This document shows positions 32,975 to 33,094 of a stretch of 33,094 nucleotides of DNA, piece by piece. Source of the DNA: Armatimonadota bacterium. Lineage in GTDB: Bacteria > Armatimonadota > Zipacnadia > Zipacnadales > VGFC01. The stretch's first letter is position 1; each line of letters starts with the position of its first letter. The DNA lies in assembly GCA_016869015.1 (NCBI GenBank), contig VGFB01000001.1, positions 1-33,094 of the forward strand, given 5' to 3'. The notes beneath the pieces are model-generated. The model was not told the DNA's origin, ran no database searches, and saw only the letters and a list, made by a program, of their open reading frames with translations. Both the position numbers and the translations under genes were made by a program.

Positions 32975-33094
32975 TGTCAGCCGCGAAGTCTTGGGTCGTC
33001 GTGGGTCGGCTCACCAGAGCCGACAGAGCCTTCAGATCAATGCCGGACGGCGTCGGCTCTGGTGAGCCGACCCACGACGACAAACGGCAACGAC
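32975..33094. repeat. Nested palindromic element, copy 2 (runs off the window end)
   Basis: It has 3 mismatches to 30554-30670 over 117 nt, in the same orientation, at an offset of 2421 bp. The long arms are 32995-33024 / 33052-33081. Confidence 0.9.

Larger units (their letters stand above)
29115..33094. mobile_element. Phage-like module (partial; the right boundary is outside the window)
   Basis: It contains an XRE repressor, a divergent consensus promoter, sigma-like small proteins and TerS/TerL. No integrase, tRNA or replication genes are visible in the window. Confidence 0.45.

Noticed and set aside
30554-33094. The two 137-bp direct repeats as attL/attR of an integrated element.
   Set aside because: They enclose only terS and terL, with no integrase. 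They are themselves long palindromes, and they sit inside what looks like a larger phage-like module. A repeat, processing-site or regulatory role is more plausible, although recombination between them cannot be excluded.

Overview
This is a GC-rich bacterial chromosomal segment. Long antisense shadow ORFs cover nearly every real gene, and TAG, TGA and TAA all act as stops.

Gene content, left to right:
- A REP-like hairpin cluster, then an IS200-like/RAYT transposase broken by an in-frame TAG (307-978).
- glmM (1051-2430).
- A very large DUF3160-like lipoprotein with a helical-repeat tail (2570-6529).
- A minus-strand string: recF, a DUF721/DciA-like gene, rtcB, an ImmA/IrrE-like gene and a secreted Ala/Gln-rich protein (11572-6638).
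- A ~17 kb co-directional minus-strand block (28965-11923): GH2, a DUF4091/GH123-like gene, a second RAYT nested between two ~390-bp direct repeats, a GH13-like multidomain enzyme, a secreted protein built from the same module, two exported ankyrin arrays and a short PQQ-like propeller protein.
- A phage-like right end (29.1-33.1 kb). An XRE repressor lies divergent from a consensus TTGACA-17-TATAAT promoter with operator-like repeats. That promoter drives a sigma region-4-only protein and a sigma region-2-like protein. TerS/TerL follow, bracketed by two copies of a ~137-bp nested palindrome.

The most unusual property is the density and diversity of palindromic repeat families, at least eight by eye. 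Two families sit in frame inside otherwise intact ORFs (the GH13-like gene and terL). One supplies the C-terminus and stop codon of a gene, and one appears to be translated as an N-terminal extension.

The best candidates for something undescribed are:
- the RAYT plus direct-repeat unit;
- the palindrome-bracketed terminase cassette with a possible split, permuted sigma factor;
- the recF-dciA-rtcB-ImmA-like operon.

No rRNA, tRNA or CRISPR array was recognised. All homology calls come from motif recognition by eye; no searches were run.
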